Shown here piece by piece: positions 58,290 to 63,429 of a DNA stretch of 63,429 bases. The notes below the pieces were generated by a model, which was not told where the DNA came from, did not search any database, and was given only the letters and a program-made list of their open reading frames with translations. The number at the start of each line of letters is the position of its first letter. Within the stretch, counting starts at the first letter, position 1. The position numbers and the translations under genes are program-made. Source of the stretch: Pseudomonadota bacterium (lineage in GTDB: Bacteria; Desulfobacterota; Desulfobacteria; Desulfobacterales; JBDRRP01); contig JBDRRP010000053.1 in NCBI GenBank assembly GCA_043825735.1, positions 1-63,429 on the forward strand, read 5' to 3'.

Positions 58290-59696
58290 TTACGGGCGCT
58301 CGTGGGCGCGGGGGCTCTTTCCCGGATCCGTGCCTTCAGGGGCCTCGACGAAGGGATGAAGGGGGCTGCTGAAGCCGTTGGTGGTGTTCAGGCCGCGGAC
58401 GTTTCTCAGCACCCGGATCATCCGCCCCACCGGCACCGCCTCGGGCTCGTTCACCCGGCGCAGCAGCAGCAGACTCAGGATTCGAAGACCGCTTGAGGCC
58501 ACCAAGACCATCTGCAGGGGCGTCCATGACATGGATGACACCGACAGCCGGGCATCTCCCATCCAGGTGATGCAGATGCCGGCTGCGATCGGTGCCAAAG
58601 TCGCCCCGAAACCGGTGGCGATATTGTGCAGCGAGATGCACACGGCGCGTTTTTCTCTAGGGGCGATGCGTAGCATCATGTTGTTGGTGCACAGGTTGAT
58701 TCCGGCCCAAAAACCGCCACCGACGATGTGCAGCAGGGCCGGCAGGAGGACATCGCCCGGACGGGCGAAGGTCCACAGCAGTGGCAGAAAAACCGCTACG
58801 CCGCTGCATGACTGTATGACAGCTTTGTTTCTGATCCGATCGGACACCATGCCCCATACCCGCATGCCGGTAAGGTCTGCCACGCCGGATGCCATGGCCA
58901 TAAGGGCGACGAAAGTATAGCTGAAGTTCAAATCGCGAAGAAAATAGAGCGCGAAAAAGGGGCTGGCGCAGTAGACTGAGAAACTCCACGCCGCGTCGTA
59001 GAGAAGAAACCGCCTGAAGTTGGTCTCCTTGAGCGGCGCCAGCAGATTTCGCAAGTCCACTGTCGCGGTTTTAAGGGCGTGCCTCGGATCGGGGATGCGG
59101 CTCAGGAATACAAGGCTGGTCAGGCCGAAGAGGACCGCTGCCATAAACACCAGCGTGAACGCTGTTGCTGGTGCCTGTGTGCCGTTTTGGATCATCCTTT
59201 CCAGCAGGTACCCGAAACCGACGGCGGTGCCCATACCGGCCATACCGTTGAGCATGTTGCGGGTGCCGAAAAATCGGCCAAGGTGGTTGTCCGGCACCAG
59301 GTCCGAGGTCCACGAAAGCCAGGATACGTAGCTTACGGAAATAAAGGCATGCGCAATGAACACCAGTATCACGACGGCGGCGGTTTTCAGGGCCGGCGGC
59401 ACAGCCTGTGCCACGGCGACGGCAAGGATCGGCAACCACAGCAGCCGGCCGACGGCGGCGCCGGTCAGGGCCAGTCGTTTTCGCCTTCCCTTGCGCGAAA
59501 TATGCACCGACGCCGGTAGCTGAAAGAGCGTCGCGGCGTACGGCATGGCGCCCAGAAGGCCGATGGCCGCTTCGCTCATACCCATGTGCAGCGCCAGCCC
59601 GGTGAGAAAGACCCCACCGGTGAGCGTGGCGAACATGGTGGCGAAAACGCCGTCAGCGTATGAATTGCGAATGATTTTCGGGGCGATGCCTGTCAT
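58290..59696 (-). CDS. MFS transporter
   Basis: About 12 hydrophobic segments; W.SDLVP...GRFFG.R and WG.VSDR..NK loops. Confidence 0.85.
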   Translation of the reverse strand: MTGIAPKIIRNSYADGVFATMFATLTGGVFLTGLALHMGMSEAAIGLLGAMPYAATLFQLPASVHISRKGRRKRLALTGAAVGRLLWLPILAVAVAQAVPPALKTAAVVILVFIAHAFISVSYVSWLSWTSDLVPDNHLGRFFGTRNMLNGMAGMGTAVGFGYLLERMIQNGTQAPATAFTLVFMAAVLFGLTSLVFLSRIPDPRHALKTATVDLRNLLAPLKETNFRRFLLYDAAWSFSVYCASPFFALYFLRDLNFSYTFVALMAMASGVADLTGMRVWGMVSDRIRNKAVIQSCSGVAVFLPLLWTFARPGDVLLPALLHIVGGGFWAGINLCTNNMMLRIAPREKRAVCISLHNIATGFGATLAPIAAGICITWMGDARLSVSSMSWTPLQMVLVASSGLRILSLLLLRRVNEPEAVPVGRMIRVLRNVRGLNTTNGFSSPLHPFVEAPEGTDPGKSPRAHERP

Positions 59697-59718
59697 CAGT
59701 TTCTAAACCGTATACCGG

Positions 59719-59836
59719 AGTAAACCACCACCGGCAAAGCCGGTGGCTTTAAATTGCGGCCGGAGGCCGCGGTTTAAAGTCGTTGCGCCAGCAACGAAGG
59801 TTTTGGCCTGGAACCCTACGCGAAGCGCAGGGTTTC
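59719..59836 (-). mobile_element. IS200/IS605-like end palindrome with stacked hairpins
   Basis: AGTAAACCACCACCGGCAAAGCCGGTGGCTTT followed by GCGGCC-GGA-GGCCGC, GTTGC..GCAAC and AACCCT..AGGGTT hairpins. Confidence 0.5.
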
Positions 59837-59877
59837 TAAGGCAATGAACGCCACTGGCGGACAGAGTGAAAAGATTT

Positions 59878-60153
59878 GGATCATCTCCCAAAGGGTTGGT
59901 CGATGAATAGGGTTCAAGGGTCCGAGGGGTCAAGGGGCCGAGTGAAAAACAACTAAGAAAACAGCTAAATACGTCTGCGAATCGCAAGACTTCGGGTCAA
60001 CTGCATTGAGTGCGCGTTTTAACCTCACCGCTAACATCCTGCTGGGATCGGCTACCAGCCGCAAAAGCACTAAATAACGCCCAATGCCGTTACTTGAACC
60101 CTTGGCCCCTTGAACCCTTGGCCCCTTCTCTTCAACTAAATGGGAGAAGACCC
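59878..60153. mobile_element. 276-bp MITE with TIRs, 8-bp target-site duplication and internal octamer arms
   Basis: TIRs GGATCATCTCCCA / TGGGAGAAGACCC; AAAGATTT directly repeated at 59870-59877 and 60154-60161. Confidence 0.75.
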
Positions 60154-60174
60154 AAAGATTTTAAAAGATAGGTC

Positions 60175-61320
60175 CTACACAAAGATGCGCTGCACCCTGC
60201 TGGTCAGTGCCGATGTCACTTCGTAGTTGATTGTCCCGAGTTGCTCGGCGACCGCTTCGGCTGAGATTTCAGCGCCGTTCTGGCGGCCGAAGATCACCAC
60301 CTCGTCTCCGGTGCGGGCCTCGGGGATATCTCCCACATCGATCATGGTGTGGTCCATACAGACCCGCCCCCGGATGGGCGCGCGGCGGCCGTGGACCAGC
60401 ATTTCGCCGATGTTGCTGAGGCGGCGGCTGAAGCCGTCGGCATAGCCGACAGGCACCGTGGCGATGGCGGTGGGACGTTTCGCGGTCCAGGTCATGCCGT
60501 AGCTGACGGTAAATCCGGCGCCCACGCATTTTAGCTGCACGATCCGTGATTTGAGGGTCATGGCCGGAGTGAGCCGGAGTCTGGACAGGTTCACTTCATT
60601 TGAAGGTCTGAGTCCGTAGAGGGCGATGCCGGCGCGCACCATGTCCAGGTGTGTTTCAGGGTGGTCGATGATTGCCGCGCTGTTGGCGGCGTGCTTGATG
60701 GGGATATGGACGCCGGCTGCGGTGAGGCGGTCGATAAATGCGGTGAAGCGTGTAAATTGGCGGTGGGTGAAATCCTTGTCGGCACTGTCGGCGGCGGCGA
60801 AATGAGTGCTCAGCCCTTCGAGGATGATGCCCGGAAGGGCGGCGATGGTGCGCGCAGCGGCCACGGCCTCTGACGGCACGGGAACCCCCGGGCCGTTGTC
60901 GGGAAAAATTCCCAGACGCCCCATGCCGGTATCCACCTTGAGATGAAGGTGAATGGGCTGCCCCAGGGTCACGGCATGTTGCGAGAAAGCCATGGCGGTC
61001 TCTACATCGAATACGCTCTGGGCCAGGTCGAGACGGACCAATGCTTCCGCATCTTGAGGCGCGGTGTAGCTAAAGATCAGAATGGGGGCCGAGATGCCTG
61101 CCTGGCGAAGCGATATCGCTTCCCCGAGCCGGGCAACGCCTAAGACACTGGCCCCGGCGGCCATGGCGGTGCGGGCCACTTCCGCGGCGCCGTGGCCGTA
61201 GGCATCGGCTTTCACCACTGCCATCAGCCGGGCCTCGGGGCGGGTGATGCGTCTCAACTCGCGGGTATTTTCAGCAATGGCGGAAAGATCGATTTCCGCC
61301 CAGACCAGTGGCTGCGTCAT
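60175..61320 (-). CDS. alr: Alanine racemase
   Basis: AVVKADAYGHG, HLKVDTGMGRLG, VSYG, GYADG and GRVCMD motifs. Confidence 0.96.
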   Translation of the reverse strand: MTQPLVWAEIDLSAIAENTRELRRITRPEARLMAVVKADAYGHGAAEVARTAMAAGASVLGVARLGEAISLRQAGISAPILIFSYTAPQDAEALVRLDLAQSVFDVETAMAFSQHAVTLGQPIHLHLKVDTGMGRLGIFPDNGPGVPVPSEAVAAARTIAALPGIILEGLSTHFAAADSADKDFTHRQFTRFTAFIDRLTAAGVHIPIKHAANSAAIIDHPETHLDMVRAGIALYGLRPSNEVNLSRLRLTPAMTLKSRIVQLKCVGAGFTVSYGMTWTAKRPTAIATVPVGYADGFSRRLSNIGEMLVHGRRAPIRGRVCMDHTMIDVGDIPEARTGDEVVIFGRQNGAEISAEAVAEQLGTINYEVTSALTSRVQRIFV

Positions 61321-61463
61321 GCCTTAATCCTCCTCATGCAGATCGGCGGTTCCGGGCCGGGGCATATTACGCATTAGGGGGAGATAGTGCAAGATGGGAT
61401 ACGGCCGGGCGGCGCCGGCAAAGACTGCCGGCGCCGCGCATTGGCGGTTTTTTCACTGGTGGC

Positions 61464-62576
61464 TTACAGCATGGTCGTCACATCCACGTAATCCAGCCCG
61501 AAGGCCTCGGCCACACCCTTGTAGGTGACCTTGCCGTTGACCACGTTGGCGCCCAGAAGGATTTCCCGATTTTCTTTCATGGCGGTCTTCCAACCCTTGT
61601 TGGCGATCTGCACGGCGTAGGGCAGGGTGGCATTGGTCAGGGCCACTGTCGATGTTCTGGCCACGGCGCCGGGCATGTTGGCAACGCAGTAGTGGAGCAC
61701 GCCGTCCACCTCGTAGACCGGGTCGTCGTGGGTGGTGGCCCTGGAGGTCTCGAAACAGCCGCCCTGGTCGATGGCCACGTCCACCAGGACCGAGCCCTTT
61801 TTCATGGTGGCGAGCATCTCGCGGGTCACCAGGCGCGGGGCCTTGGCGCCGGGGATGAGGACCGCACCGATGACCACGTCGGCTTCCTTCACCAGCTTGC
61901 GGATGGTGGCCGGGGTGCTCATGAGCGTAAAGCAGTTGCTGGGCATGACATCGCTCAGGTACCGGAGCCGGTCCAGATCCATGTCCAGCAGATAGACTTT
62001 GGCGCCCAGGCCGCAGGCCATTTTGGCCGCATTGGTGCCCACCACGCCGCCGCCGATGACCACCACCGTGCCGGGTTCGACACCGGGGACGCCGCCCAGC
62101 AGCAGTCCCTGCCCCCCTTTGGAGATTTCCAGGAACTTGGCGCCCTGCTGAATGGCCATGCGGCCGGCCACTTCGCTCATGGGGGTGAGCAGCGGCAGGC
62201 TGCGGTCTGTCTTCTGGATGGTCTCGTAGGCGATGCAGACGGCGCCGCTCTTGATGAGCGCCTGGGTGAGCGTCTGCGCCGCGGCCAGATGAAGATAGGT
62301 AAAGACGATCTGGCCCTTGCGGATAAGATCGTACTCCGGGGGCATGGGCTCCTTGACGTGCATGACCATGTCGGCCTCTGCGAAGATCTCGGCGGCCGTG
62401 GCCACCATCCGAGCGCCGGCCTGTTTGTATAGCTCGTCTTCAAAGCCGCTGCCCACTCCGGCGGATTTTTCAACCAGCACGGTGTGCCCGTTTTGTTTCA
62501 TGACTTCAGCGCCTGCCGGCGTCATGGACACCCGGTATTCTTCCTTTTTGATTTCCTTGAGAATGCCTACGATCAT
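61464..62576 (-). CDS. ald: Alanine dehydrogenase
   Basis: [32 protein letters not shown] and [10 protein letters not shown] motifs. Confidence 0.97.
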   Translation of the reverse strand: MIVGILKEIKKEEYRVSMTPAGAEVMKQNGHTVLVEKSAGVGSGFEDELYKQAGARMVATAAEIFAEADMVMHVKEPMPPEYDLIRKGQIVFTYLHLAAAQTLTQALIKSGAVCIAYETIQKTDRSLPLLTPMSEVAGRMAIQQGAKFLEISKGGQGLLLGGVPGVEPGTVVVIGGGVVGTNAAKMACGLGAKVYLLDMDLDRLRYLSDVMPSNCFTLMSTPATIRKLVKEADVVIGAVLIPGAKAPRLVTREMLATMKKGSVLVDVAIDQGGCFETSRATTHDDPVYEVDGVLHYCVANMPGAVARTSTVALTNATLPYAVQIANKGWKTAMKENREILLGANVVNGKVTYKGVAEAFGLDYVDVTTML

Positions 62577-62638
62577 GATTGCCTCCTTGGGGTTGCCGGC
62601 CTCACATCACCAGCGGGTCAATGGATGCCGAAAGGGGA

Positions 62639-63142
62639 TTATTCCTCGACGGTCAGATCAATGGATTGGATCTGCTTGCGAATGCCCGGGGGCAGCAGGA
62701 TCCATTTGCGCTTGGATTTCATGACAACGAATGACTCGCTCGATTTGATGCCCCCGACCTTGTAGAGCTTTTCCGACAAGAACCGGTGAAGCCCCGCCAT
62801 GCCGTCGGTGGAGATCACTTCTGCCATGATGTCATATCGCCCGGTCACCACGGCGGCCCAGTGAACCTGATCCAGGTCGGCGATCGCCGACAGTTTTTCT
62901 TCCAACTGGTAGGTGTCCAGCCGGATCCCCACCAGCGCGGTGGTGATGCCGCGGGTGCGAAAGGCATCCACGAGGCCGGCCACGCGGAATACGGCGGCAT
63001 CGCTTAATGCCTTTAGCCGTGTGCGGACCGTGGGAGCGCTCACCTCAAGGCGTTCACCGAGTTGGCCCACGGGCATGCGGCCGTCTTCGGTCAGTTCGCA
63101 GATCAATTCTTTGTCGGTGGCGTCGAGTTTCTGTTTGGCCAT
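62639..63142 (-). CDS. Lrp/AsnC family transcriptional regulator
   Basis: LD.TD...I..L..DGR HTH and VTGRYD RAM domain; upstream of ald. Confidence 0.92.
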   Translation of the reverse strand: MAKQKLDATDKELICELTEDGRMPVGQLGERLEVSAPTVRTRLKALSDAAVFRVAGLVDAFRTRGITTALVGIRLDTYQLEEKLSAIADLDQVHWAAVVTGRYDIMAEVISTDGMAGLHRFLSEKLYKVGGIKSSESFVVMKSKRKWILLPPGIRKQIQSIDLTVEE

Positions 63143-63305
63143 GGGTGCGTTGCGCTGGTGATGGGTGATGGTGTCGATGGATCGGGAGCAGATTTCAGCT
63201 ATGAAAAAATTTCGGGCTTATCTACCAAAAAAAGGTTGCACCGAGTGGTGTCCGCCACATCCCATCGGCGGACAGGCCCGTTGCAACGAGCCGCTTTGCG
63301 ATACT

Positions 63306-63333
63306 TTTCGTGTGTTTTGTGTGTTTCGTGGTT
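63306..63333. repeat. Triple 9-nt unit repeat arm (TTTCGTGTG type)
   Basis: TTTCGTGTG-TTTTGTGTG-TTTCGTGGTT. Confidence 0.6.
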
Positions 63334-63429
63334 GAAAGCAGTTACTGCGGTCAAAAGTGGAGATGGGATAGCGCTTGGTGCGCCCCCACAGCCAGAAACA
63401 GGTTCTTATCTCTTTTTTTTCTGCCAAAA

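Noticed and set aside
63218..63427. 69-aa ORF at the window edge
   Set aside because: It runs through a repeat arm, has no recognisable motif and is cut by the window boundary.

Overview
GC-rich bacterial chromosome segment, inferred from gene content to be a Desulfobacterota (Desulfobacterales-like) anaerobe. It carries the conserved ffh-rpsP-khpA-rimM-trmD-(SPOUT)-rplS-rnhB-yraN-rsmI block, plus rlmN, a ThiI/MnmA-like PP-loop gene, nth and cysS. There are four sensor kinases, a response regulator, a GAF/HD-GYP gene and a hemerythrin. Metabolic and transport loci include a TaoR-type regulator with tupABC, a bifunctional FTCD, two ADP-forming acyl-CoA synthetases, a sigma54-driven Liv-type ABC operon ending in a non-canonical serine hydroxymethyltransferase, a 2-oxoacid:ferredoxin oxidoreductase and lrp-ald-alr. 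A BrnT toxin-antitoxin islet is also present. I recognised no rRNA, tRNA, CRISPR array or intact transposase. Most notable: (1) the SHMT paralog has active-site changes like those of 2-methylserine hydroxymethyltransferase, suggesting uptake and catabolism of alpha-substituted or D-amino acids feeding Alr/Ald; (2) the FTCD looks animal-like; (3) many intergenic regions hold palindromic elements built from 3-5 tandem 7-9 nt units, one with TIRs and an 8-bp TSD; (4) two AT-rich cassettes appear leaderless with their own operators; (5) there are two deletion pseudogenes and an unannotated 57-aa ORF. All family assignments come from motif recognition by eye, with no database search.
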